Part shown: piece by piece, positions 10,875 through 22,233 of the stretch
Layout: each line of letters opens with the position of its first letter
Numbering within the stretch: position 1 is the stretch's first letter
NCBI RefSeq assembly: GCF_963921235.1
Contig: NC_086097.1
Location: 256,310,001-256,374,000 of the forward strand
DNA from: Mobula hypostoma
Lineage: Eukaryota
Direction: 5' to 3'
Length of the DNA stretch: 64,000 nucleotides
The notes under the pieces: model-generated
The model's database searches: none
What the model was told of the DNA's origin: nothing
The model's input: the letters and a program-made list of their open reading frames with translations, nothing else
Position numbers and translations under genes: made by a program

Positions 10875-11040
10875 ATTTGTGGACTTGGATCCCTAGCTCC
10901 CTCTGTTCCACCACACTTATACGAATTCTGCAATTAGCCCTGTATTGTGCCTTCAAATTTAACCTTTTTCAAACTGAATTACTTCACACTTTTCCAAATT
11001 CAACTTTATCACTATTTCTTAGCCTAGATCTGCATCTTGT
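10875..11040 (-). mobile_element. Short degenerate CR1 RT fragment
   Basis: Resembles the reverse complement of the CEV.HFG...VVEQRELGIQVH region seen in neighbouring CR1 copies. Confidence 0.55.
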
Positions 11041-11093
11041 CTGGAAACATAGAAAATCCTCAGTACAATACAGGCCCTTGGGCCCCACAATGT

Positions 11094-13338
11094 CACCCCA
11101 TCCCACAAAAACTCATTTCAGGGAGGTAGCACCCCCACCCCCTGCAACCCTATACTGTACCCCCCCCACACACCCAGTCAACCTGCAAGGGTGTATGTAG
11201 TACTTTTGTTCAGTGATTTTGTCTAACCTGTAAACCAAGTTGGGTATATGCAGAAAATGTGACATTAAAATATGTACTTATATTATCATGTTTATGCTAT
11301 TACAACTTTAAGCAAGTCTACAGGTAGTTTGGCCTCATCACATAGGACATCAACAGTGTAGCTCCTTGGCAGCTACCCAGCCAGTTTAAATAATGTTAGC
11401 TATGCCAATGAACAAATGACACCTGTTAAACTCACCTCAACATGTCTTTTACATTTTAACCCACCATGGGCAATAGAAAAGTCACTGCTGTAAACAGTGC
11501 AGCGAGCAACACTGTCATTATTTTTGAGGTCGACTGTAAAGCCCGCCCACAGAGAAAACTGATAGGTCTAGAACATAGAATAGTACAGCACAGTATAGGC
11601 CCTTCAGCCCACAATGTTGTGCCGACCCTCAAACCCTGCCTCCCATATAAGCCCCCACCTTAAATTCCTAAATATACCTGTCTAGTAGTCTCTTAAACTT
11701 CACTAGTGTATCTGCCTCCACCACTGACTCAGGCAGTGCATTCCACGCACCAACCACTCTCTGAGTAAAAAACCTTCCTCTAATATCCCCCTTGAACTTC
11801 CCACCCTTTACCTTAAAGCCATGTCCTCTTGTATTGAGCAGTGGTGCCCTGGGGAAGAGGCGCTGGCTATCCACTCTATCTATTCCTCTTATTATCTTGT
11901 ACACCTCTATCATGTCTCCTCTCATCCTCCTTCTCTCCAAAGACTAAAGCCCTAGCTCCCTTAATCTCTGATCATAATGCATACTTTCTAAACCAGGCAG
12001 CATCCTAGTAAATCTCCTCTGTACCCTTTCTAATGCTTCCACATCCTTCCTATAGTGAGGTGACCAGAACTGGACACAGTACTCTAAGTGTGGCCTAACC
12101 AGAGTTTTATAGAGCTGCATCATTACATCGCGACTCTTAAACTCTATCCCTTGACTTATGAAAGCTAACACCCCATAAGCTTTCGTAACTACTCTATCCA
12201 CCTGTGAGGCAACTTTCAGCGATCTGTGGACATGTACCCCGAGATCCCTCTGCTCCTCCACACTACCAAGTACCCTGCCATTTACTTTGTACTCTGCCTT
12301 GGAGTTTGTCCTTCCAAAATGTACCACCTCACACTTCTCCGGGTTGAACTCCATCTGCCACTTCTCAGCCCACTTCTGCATCCTATCGATGTCTCTCTGC
12401 AATCTTTGACAATCCTCTACACTATCTACAACACCACCAACCTTTGTGTCGTCTGCAAACTTGCCAACCCACCCTTCTACCCCAACATCCAGGTCGTTAA
12501 TAAAAATCACGAAAAGTAGAGGTCCCAGAACAGATCCTTGTGGGACACCACTAGTCACAATCCTCCAATCTGAAGTTACTCCCTCCACCACCACCCTCTG
12601 CCTTCTGCAAACAAGCCAATTCTGAATCCACCTGGCCAAACTTCCCTGGATCCCATGCCTTCTAACTTTCTGAATAAGCCTACCATGTGAAACCTTGTCA
12701 AATGCCTTACTAAAATCCATATAGATCACATCCACTGCACTACCCTCATCTATATGCCTGGTCAGCTCCTCAAAGAACTCTATCAGGCTTGTTAGACATG
12801 ATCTGCCCTTCACAAAGCCATGCTGACTGTCCCTGATCAGACCATGATTCTCTAAATGTCTATAGATCCTATCTCTAAGAATCTTTTCCAACAGCTTTCC
12901 CACCACAGACGTAAGGCTCACTGGTCTATAATTACCCGGACTATCCCTACTACCTTTTTTGAACAAGGGGACAACATTCGCCTCCCTCCAATCCTCCGGT
13001 ACCATTCCCATGGACAACGAGGTCATAAAGATCCTAGCCAGAGGCTCAGCAATCTCTTCTCTCGCCTCGTGGAGCAGCCTGGGGAATATTCCGTCAGGTC
13101 CCGGGGACTTAACTGTCTTAATGTATTTTAACAACTCCAACACCTCCTCTCCCTTAATATCAACATGCTCCAAAACATCAACCTCACATCTACTGAGCAA
13201 GAAGAGAGACCAATCAGGATGCTCACTCTCTCTCTCAAAAAATCGATTTCTGGGATATTGTATACAATTTAGGGCGTCAGGGAGCCGCTATCAATATGTG
13301 GGAGATGCCCGGAACATCCCAGAGAGGTGTGATGTCTG
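11094..13338. mobile_element. Probable non-autonomous DNA transposon remnant (11094-11570 + 13189-13338) split by a CR1
   Basis: Non-CR1 sequence on both sides of the CR1, which carries the TSD TCTA. The right end reads CAGACATCACACCTCTCTGGGATGTTCCGGG on the minus strand (CAG-starting, hAT-like). It separates two halves of a CR1 3' UTR. The flanking 8-mers CACAATGT / CCCAGTGC match only 5/8. Confidence 0.45.
11571..13188 (-). mobile_element. Young 5'-truncated CR1 LINE; RT and C-terminus open except for one TAG
   Basis: ORF 11944-13200 (418 aa, complete RT motifs) is in frame with ORF 11668-11940 across CTT TAG TCT (LYS expected). Tail GAACATAGAA at 11571. TCTA is duplicated at 11567-11570 and 13189-13192. 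Confidence 0.96.
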
Positions 13339-13346
13339 CCCAGTGC

Positions 13347-14420
13347 TGTGCTGTACTTTAGAAATTACCTAGGGTTACCCATAGTTCTCTATTTTTCTAA
13401 GCTCTTTTACCTGTCCAAGAGTCTCTGAGACCCTATTAACTGCCTCCACCATCGTCACCAGCAGCCCATTCCACGCACTCACCACTCTCTGTGAAAAACA
13501 CTCACTCCTGATATTTCCTCTGTACCTACTTCGAAGCACCTTAAAACTGTGCCCTCTCGTGTTAGCCATTTCAGCGCTGGGGAAAAGCCTCTGACTACAC
13601 ACATGATCAATGCCTCTCATCATCTTATACACCTCTATCAGGTCACCACTCATCCTCCATCGCTCCAAGGAGAAAAGGCCAAGTTCACTCAACCTATTCT
13701 CGGAAGGCAGGCTTCCCAATTCGGGCAACATCCTTGTCAGTCTCCTCTGTACCCTTTCTAGAGTTTCCACATCCTGAAATATAGAGAGGTGACCAGAAAT
13801 GAGCACGGTACTCCAAGTGAGGTCTGACCAGGGTCCTATATAGCCGCAACATTACCACTCAGCTCTTGAATTCAATCCCATGGTTGATGTGGGCCAATAC
13901 ACCATATGCCTTCTTAACCACACGGTCAACCTGCGCAGCAGCTTTGAATGGCCTAAGGACTCGGACCCCAAGATCCCTCTGATCCTTCACTCTGCCAAGA
14001 GTCTTACCATTAATACTATATTCTGCCATCATATGTGACCTACCACAATGAACTACTTCACACTTATCTGGGTTGAACTCCATCTATCACTTCTCAGCCA
14101 AGCTTTGCATCCTATCAATGTCCCACTTTAAATTCTGACAGCCCTCCACACAATCCCCAACACCCCTAACCTTTGTGTCATCAACAACTTTACTAACCCA
14201 ACCATTCACTTCCTCATCCAGGTCATTTATAAAAATCATGAGGAGAAGGGATCCCAGAACAAATACCTGAAGCACACCACTGGTCACCGACCTCCTTGCA
14301 GAATGTGACCCATCTACAACCACTCTTTGCTTTCTGTGGGCAAGCCAGTTCTGGATCCACAAAGCAAGGTCCCCTTGGATCCCATGCCTCCTTACTTTCT
14401 CAATAAGCCTTGCATAGGGT
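13347..14420 (-). mobile_element. Degenerate 5'-truncated CR1 abutting the satellite; its 3' tail is probably displaced to 11045-11093
   Basis: ORFs 14087-14362, 13859-14083 and 13375-13806 carry decayed CR1 RT/C-terminal motifs. An orphan tail AAACATAGAAAATCCTCAGTACAATACAGGCCC is at 11045. Confidence 0.88.
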
Positions 14421-14598
14421 ATGAGTTTCAGGGGTCGAGTTTCAGGGCAGGAGTTTGAGGGCAGGAGATTCAGGGCAGGAGTTTCAATGCAGGAGATTCA
14501 TGGCAGAAGTTTCAGTACAGGAGTTTCAGGGGTCGAGTTCCAACGCAGGAGGTTCAGAAATCGAGTTTCAAGGTTGGAGTTTCAGGGTTCTAGTATCA
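14421..14598 (+). repeat. Edge block of the 14-bp satellite (about 12-13 monomers)
   Basis: GAGTTTCAGGGGTCGAGTTTCAGGGCAGGAG... is the same family as 16493-64000. Confidence 0.95.
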
Positions 14599-16492
14599 TA
14601 GAAAACATAGAAAATAGGTGCAGGAGTAGGCCATTCGGCCCATCAAGCCTGCACCGCCATTTATTATGATCATGGCTGATCATCCAACTCAGAACCCTGC
14701 ACCAGCCTTCCCTCCATACCCTCTGATCCCCCTAACCACAAGAGCCATATCTAACTCCCTCTTAAATATAGCCAATGAACTGGCCTCAACTGTTTCCTGT
14801 GGCAGAGAATTCCACAGATTCACCACTCTCTGTGTGAAGAAGTTTTTCCTAATCTCAGTCCTAAAAGGCTTCCCCTTTATCCTCAAACTGTGACCCCTCG
14901 TTCTGGACTTCCCCAACATCGGGAACAATCTTCCTGCATCTAGCCTGTCCAATCCCTTTAGGATTTTACACGTTTCAATCAGATCCCCCCCTCAATCTTC
15001 TAAATTCCAACGAGTACAAGCCTAGTTCATCTAGTCTTTCTTCATATGAAAGTCCTGCCATCCCAGGAATCAATCTGGTGAACCTTCTTTGTACTCCTTC
15101 TATGGGAAGGATGTCTTTCCTCAGATTAGGGGACCAAAACTGCAAACAATACTCCAGATGTGGTCTCACCAAGGCCTTGTACAACTGCAGTAGTACCTCC
15201 CTGCACCTGTACTCGAATCCTCTTGCTATAAATGCCAGCATACCATTCGCCTTTTTCACCGCCTGCTGTACCCGCATGCCCACTTTCAATGACTGGTGTA
15301 TAATGACACCCAAGTCTCGTTGCACCTCCCCTTTTCCTAATCGGCCACCATTCAGATAATAATCTGTTTTCCTATTTTTGCCACCAAAGTGGATAACTTC
15401 ACATTTATCCACATTAAATTGCATCTGCCATGAATTTGCCCACTCACCCAACCTATCCAAGTCACCCTGCATCCTCTTAGCATTCTCCTCACAGCTAACA
15501 CTGCCGCCCAGCTTCGTGTCATCCGCAAACTTGGAGATGCTGCATTTAATTCCCTCATCCAAGTCATTGATATATCTTGTAAACAACTGGGGTCCCAGCA
15601 CTGAGCCTTGCGGTACCCCACTAGTCACTGCCTGCCATTCTGAAAAGGTCCCGTTTATTCCCACTCTTTGCTTCCTGTCTGCTAACCAATTCTCTATCCA
15701 CATCAATGCCTTACCCCCAACACCGTGTGCTTTAAGTATGCACACTAATCTCCTGTGTGGGACCTTGTCAAAAGCCTTTTGAAAATCCAAATATACCACA
15801 TCCACTGGTTCTCCCCTATCCACTCTACTAGTTACATCCTCAAAAAAATTCTATCCCACCGCTTTCCAAATGTGCTGTTATCACATCTTTGATAACTGAC
15901 TCCAGCAGTTTCCCCACCACCGACGTTAGACTAACCGGCCTATAATTCCCCAGTTTCTCTCTCCCTCCTTTTTTAAAAAGTGGGGTTACATTAGCCACCC
16001 TCCAATCCTCAGGAACTAGTCCAGAATCTAAAGAGTTTTGAAAAATTATCACTAATGCATCCACTATTTTTTGGGCTACTTCCTTAAGCACTCTGGGATG
16101 CAGACCATCTGGCCCTGGGGATTTATCTGCCTTTAATCCCTTCAATTTACCCAACACCACTTCCCTACTAACATGTATTTCGCTCAGTTTCTCCATCTCA
16201 CTGGACCCTCTGTCCCCTACTATTTCTGGAAGATTATTTATGTCCTCCTTAGTGAAGACAGAACTAAAGTAATTATTCAATTGGTCTGCCATGTCCTTGA
16301 TCCCCATAATCAATTCACCTGTTTCTTTCTGTAGGGGACCTACATTTGTCTTTACTAGTCTTTTCCTTTTTACATATCTATAGAAGCTTTTACAGTCAGT
16401 TTTTATGTTCCCTGTCAGTTTTCTCTCATAATCTTTTTTCCTCTTCCTAATTAAGCCCTTTGTCCTCCTCTGCTGAACTCTGAATTTCTCCC
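14599..16492 (-). mobile_element. 5'-truncated CR1 LINE inserted in the satellite, with an internal deletion in RT
   Basis: ORFs 15840-16313, 14975-15823 and 14689-14952. The QHGF...SCLTNL segment is missing near 15855. Tail TAGAAAACATAGAAAA. TSD AGTATCA at 14592-14598 and 16493-16499. Confidence 0.95.
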
Positions 16493-19400
16493 AGTATCAG
16501 GGCAGGATTTTCAGGTAAGGTGTTTCAGGGCAGGATATTCAGGGGCCGAGTTTCAGGGCAGGAGATTTAATGGTCGAGATTCAGGCCAGGAGTTTCTGGG
16601 CAGGAGTTTCAGTGGTCGAGTTTCAGAGCAGGAGTTTCAGGGCGGGAGTTTCAGGGCAGGAGTTACATTGCAGGAGTTTCATGGCAGGCATTTCAGGGCA
16701 GGAGTTTTAGGTGTCGAGTTTCAGCGCAGCAGTTTCAGGGGACCTGTTTCAGGTCAGGTGTTTCAGGGCAGGAGTTTCAAGGCAGGACTTTCAGGGCATG
16801 GGTTTCAGGGCAGGAGTTTCAGGGCTGGAGTTTCAGTGCAGGAGTTTCAGCGGTCGAGCTTCAGGGCAGGAGTTTCAGGGGTCAAGTTTCGGGGCAGGGG
16901 TTTCAAGGTAGGACTTTCATGGCAGGAGTTTTAGGGCAGGAGTTTCAGGGGTCGAGTTTCAGGGCAGGAGTTTGAGGGCAGGAGATTCAGGGCAGGAGTA
17001 TCAGGGAAGGAGTTTCAATGCAGGAGATTCAGGGCAGAAGTTTCATGGCTGGTGTTTAAGGACAGGAGTTTCAGGGATTTAGTTTCAGGGCAGGAGATTC
17101 AGGGCAGGAGTTTCAGGACAGGAGTTTCAGGGGTCGAGTTCCAAGGCAAGAGTTTCAGAAGTCGAATTTCAGGGTTGGAGTTTCAGGGTTCGAGTATCAG
17201 GACAGGATTTTCAGGTAAGGTGTTTCAGGGCAGGATATTCAAGGACCGAGTTTCAGGGCAGGAGATTTAATGGTCGAGATTCAGGCCAGGAGTTTCTGGG
17301 CAGGAGTTTCAGGGCAGGAGTTTCAGTGGTCGAGTTTCAGAGCAGGAGTTTCAGGGCGAGAGTTTCAGGGCAGGAGTTTCAGAGTAGGAGTTTCAGAGTA
17401 GGAGTTACAGTGCAGGAGTTTCACGGCAAGCGTTTCAGGGCAGGAGTTTTAGGTGTCGAGTTTCAGGGCAGCAGTTTCAGGGAACCTGTTTCAGGTCAGG
17501 TGTTTAAGGGCAGGAGTTTCAAGGCAGGATTTTCAGGGCATGGGTTTCAGGGCAGGAGTTTCAGGGCTGGAGTTTCAGTGCAGGAGTTTCAGCAGTCGAG
17601 CTTCAGGGCAGGAGTTTCAGGGGTCAAGTTTTGGGGCTGTATTTTCGGGGGTCGAGTTTCAGGGCAGGGGTTTCAAGGTAGGACTTTCATGGCAGGAGTT
17701 TTAGGGCAGGAGTTTCAGGGGTCGAGTTTCAGGGCAGGAGATTCAGAGTAGGAGTTTCAGAGTAGGAATTACAGTGCAGGAGTTTCACGGCAGGCATTTC
17801 AGGGCATGGGTTTCAGGGCTGGAGTATCAGTGCGGGAGTTTCAGCGGTCGAGCTTCAGGGCAGGAGTTTCAGGGGTCAAGTTTCGGGGCTGTATTTTCAG
17901 GGGTCGAGTTTCAGGGCAGGGGTTTCAGGGCATGCGTTTCAGGGTAGGAGTTTCAGGGGTTGAGTTTCAAGGCAGCAGTTTCAGGGCAGGAGTTTCAGGA
18001 GTCGCGTTTCAGGGTAGGAGTTTAAGGCTTCGAGTATCAGGGCAGGAGATTCAAGGGTCGAGTTTCAGTCCAGGAGTTTCAGGGCAAGAGTTTCAGGGGT
18101 CGAGTTTCAGGACAGGAGTTTTGGTGGTCGAGCTTCAGGCCAGGAGATACTGGGCAGGAGTTTCGGGGATGGAGGTTAAGGGCAGGAGTTTCAGGGGCCG
18201 AGTTTCAGGGCAGGAGTTTCAGGCGTCGAGTTTCAGGGCAGAGATTTCAGGGCATGGGATTCAGGGCAGGATTTTCAGGCCAGGAGTTTCAGTGCAGGAG
18301 ATTCAGGGCAGAAGTTTCAGGGCAGGTGTTTCAGGGCAGGAGTTCTTGGGCAGGAGTTTCAGGGCAGGAGATTCAGCGCAGGAGTTTCAGTGATCGAGTT
18401 TCAGCGCAGGAGTTTCAGTGGTCAAGTTTCAGGGGTCGTGTTTCAGGGCAGGAATTTTATGGCGGGAGTTTCAGGTTACAAGTTATAGGGCTGTAATTTA
18501 AGTGCAGGAGTTTCAGGGGTTGAGTTTCATGGCAGGCATTTTTGGGTTCGAGGTACAGGTCAAGGGTTTCTGGGAAGGACTTTCAAAACAGGGGTTTCAA
18601 GGATCGAATTTCAGTGCAGGAGTTTCAAGGCAGGGGTTTCAGGGGTCGAGTTTTTGGGCAGGAGTTTCAGGGCAGGACTTTCAGGGCAAAGATTTCAGGG
18701 CATGGATTTCAGGGCAGGATTTTCAGGGCAGGAGTTTCCGGGCAGGAGTTTCAGGGCAGGAGTTTCAGGGCAGGAATTTAAGGGCAGGAGTTACAGTGCA
18801 GGAGTTTCAGGGTACCGGATTCAGGGCAGGAGTTTCAGGCCATGAGTTTCAGGGCAGGAGCTTCGTGGGTCAAGTTTCAGGGCAGGACATACAGCGGTTG
18901 AGTTTCAGGGAAGGAGATACTGCGGTCCAGTTTCAGGGCAGGAGTTTCAGGACTGTAGTTTCAGAGGTCGAGTTTTAGGTCTGGCTTTCAGTGGTCAAGA
19001 TTCAGGGTAGGAGTTTGAGGGCAGGAGATTCAGGGCAGGAGTTTCGGGGCAGGAGTTTCAGGGTTCTACTATCAGGAAAGCAGTTTCAGGGCTGGCGTTT
19101 AAGGGCAGGATTCAGGGCTTGAGTTTGAGGGTAGGACTTTCAGGGGTCGTGTTTCAGGGCAGAAGTTTCATGGGTCGAGTTTCAGGGCAGGAGTTTCGGT
19201 GGTCGAGTTTCAGGCCAAGAGCTTCTGGGCAGGAGATTCAGGACAGCAGATTCAGGAATGAGTTTCAGGGCAGGAGATTCTGGGAAGGAGTTTCAGGGCT
19301 GGAGGTTAAGGGCAGAAGTTTCATGGCAGGAGTTTAGGGGCAGGAGATACAGGGCAGGAGTTTCAGGGGTCGAGTTTCATGGTAGAGATTTCAGGGCATG

Positions 19401-22233
19401 GGATTCAGGGCATGATTTTCAGGGCAGGATTTTCAGGGCAGGAGTTTCCGGGCAGAAGTTTCATGGCAGGAGTTTAGGGGCAGGAGATACAGGGCAGGAG
19501 TTTCAGATCAGGAGTTTCAGGGTAGGCTTTTCAGTGGTCGACTTTGAGGGCAGGAGTTTGAGGGCATGAGGTTCAGCTCAGGAGTATCAGGGAATGAGTT
19601 TCAAAGCAGGAGATTCAGGGCAGAAGATTCAGGGCTGTTGTTTAAGGACAGGAGTTTCAGGGGTCGAGTTTCAGGGCTCTTGTTTCCATGCAGGAGATTC
19701 AGGGCAGGAGTTTCAGGACAGGAGTTTCAGGGTTCGAGTATCAGGGCAGGAGTTTCAGGTAAAACATTTCAGGGCAGGTGGTTCAGGGCAAGAGACTCAA
19801 TGGTCGAGCTTCAGGCCTGGAATTTCTGGGCAGGATTTTCAGAGCAGGAGTTTCAGAGTAGGAATTTCAGAATAGGAGTTAGAGTGCAGGAGTTTCACGG
19901 CAGGCGTTTTATTGCAGGAGTGTCAGGTCAGGTGTTTTGGGTGTTGAGTTTCAGGCCAGTAGTATCTGAGCAGGAGATTCAGGACAGCAGATTCAGGAAT
20001 GAGTATCAAGGTTCTGGTATCAGGGCTGGAGTTTCAGGGGTCGAGTTTCAGTGCAGAGATTTCAGGGCACAGGGCTCAAGGCAGGAGTTTCAGGGGTCAA
20101 GTTTTAGGTCAGGGGTTTCAGAGCAGGAACGTCAGGTCAGAACTTTCAGGGCTGGAAATTCAGTGGTCGAGTTTCAGGTCTGGATTTTCAGGGCAGGAGT
20201 TTCAGGGCAGGTGTTTCAGGTCAGGGTTTTCAGGGGTCGAGTTTGAGGGCAGGGGATTCAGGGGTCTAGTTTCATGGCAGGAATTTCAGGGCAGGAGTTT
20301 TCGAACTGGAGTATCAGGGGTCGAGTTTCAGGTCTGTATTTTCAGGGGTCGAATTTCAGGGCAGGAGTTTCAGGGTAGGAGTTTCAGTGGTCGACTTTGA
20401 GGGCAGGAGTTTGAGGGCAGGAGGTTCAGCTCAGGAGAATCAGGGAATGAGTTTCAATGCAGGAGATTCAGGGCAGAAGTTTCTGGGCTGGTGATTAAGG
20501 ACTGGAGTTTCAGGAGTCCACTTTCAGGGCTGGTGTGTCCAGGCAGGAGATTCAGGGCAGGAGTTTCAGGACAGGAGTTTCAGGGGTAGAGTTCCAAGGC
20601 AGGAGTTTCACAACAGGAGTTTCAGGGGTCAAGTTCCAAGGCAGGATTTTCAAGGGTCGAGTTTCAGGGCTGGTGTTTCAATGCAGGAGGTACAGGGCAG
20701 GAGTTTCAGGACAGGAGTTTCAGGCGTCGAGTTCCAAGGCAGGAGTTTCAGAGGTCGAGTTTCAGGGCAGCAGTTTCAGGGTTCGAGTATCAGGGAAGGA
20801 ATTTCAGGCAAGACGCTTCAGGGCAGTTGGTTCAGGGCAAGAGATTCAATGGTCGAGCTTCAGGCCTGGAATTTCAGGGCAGGAGTTTTAGGGTAGGAGT
20901 TTCAGGGCAGGAGTTTCAGAGTAGGAGTTTCAGAGCAGTTGTTAGACTGCAGGAGTTTCACGGCAGTCGTTTTATTGCAGGAGTGTCAGGTCAGGAGTTT
21001 TGGGTGTCGAGTTTCAGGGCAGGAGTTTTGGTGCAGGAGCTTCAGGGGAGCAGTTTCTGGGCACAGGTGTTTCAGGGCAGAGTTTGCGAGCTGGAGTATC
21101 AGGGGTCGAGTTGCAGGTCTGTATTTTCAGGGGTCGAATTTCAGGGCAGGAGTTTCAGGGTAGGAGTTTCAGTGGTCGACTTTGAGGGCAGGAGTTTGGG
21201 GGCAGGAGGTTCAGCTCAGGAGAATCAGGGAATGAGTTTCAATGCAGGAGATTCAGGGCAGGAATTTCTGAGTAGGAGTTAGACTGCAGGAGTTTCAGGG
21301 CAGTCGCTTTATTGCAGGAGTGTCAGGTCAAGAGTTTTGGGTGTCGAGTTTCAGGGCAGGAGTTTCAGGGGACCAGTTTCAGGGCAGGTGTTGCAGGTCA
21401 GAGTTTGCGAGCTGGAGTATCAGAAGTCGACTTTCAGGTCTGCATTTTCAGGGGTCGAATTTCAGGGCAGGAGTTTTAGAGTAGGAGTTTCAATGGTCGA
21501 CTTTGAGGGCTGGAATTTGAGAGCATGAGGTTCAGCTCAGGAGTATCAGGGAATGAGTTTCAATACAGGAGATTCAGGGTAGAACTTTCAGGGCTAGTGT
21601 TTCAAAGCAGGAGATTCAGGGCAGGAGTTTCACAGGTCGAGTTTCAGTGTTCGAGTATCAGGGAACGAGTTTAAGGTAATACGCTTCAGGGCGGGTGGTT
21701 CAGGGCAAGAGATTCAATGGTCGAGCTTCAGACATGGAATTTCTGGGCAGGTGTTTCAGGATAGGAGTTTCAGGGCAGGAGTTTCAGGGGACCAGTTTCA
21801 GGGCAGGTGTTTCAGGGCAGAGTTTGCGAGCTGGAGTATCAATGGTCGAGTTTCAGGTCTGCATTTTCAGGGTCGAATTTCAGGGCAGGCGTTTCTGAGC
21901 AGGAGATTCAGGACAGCAGATTCAGGAATGAGTTTCAAGGTTCTAGTATCAGCGCTGGAGTTTCATGGGTTGAGTTTCAGGGCAGGCATTTCAGTGCAGA
22001 GATTTCAGGGCACGGGGCTCAGGGCAGGAGTTTCAGGGGTCGAGTTTGAGGGCAGGGGATTCCGGGGTCAAGTTTCATGGCAGGAATTTCAGGGCAGGAG
22101 TTTTCGAGGTGGAGTATCAGGGGTCGAGTTTCAGGGCAGGAGTTTTAGAGTAGGAGTTTCAATGGTCGACTTTGAGGGCTGGAGTTTTAGGGCAGGAGGT
22201 TCAGCTCAGGAGTATCAGGGAATGAGTTTCAAT

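Noticed and set aside
1415..16313. RT ORFs as a retron, DGR, group II intron or other novel RT system associated with the repeat array
   Set aside because: All carry standard CR1 ORF2 motifs and 3' tails, are truncated or disrupted, and several have TSDs. Proximity to the satellite is explained by ordinary insertion.
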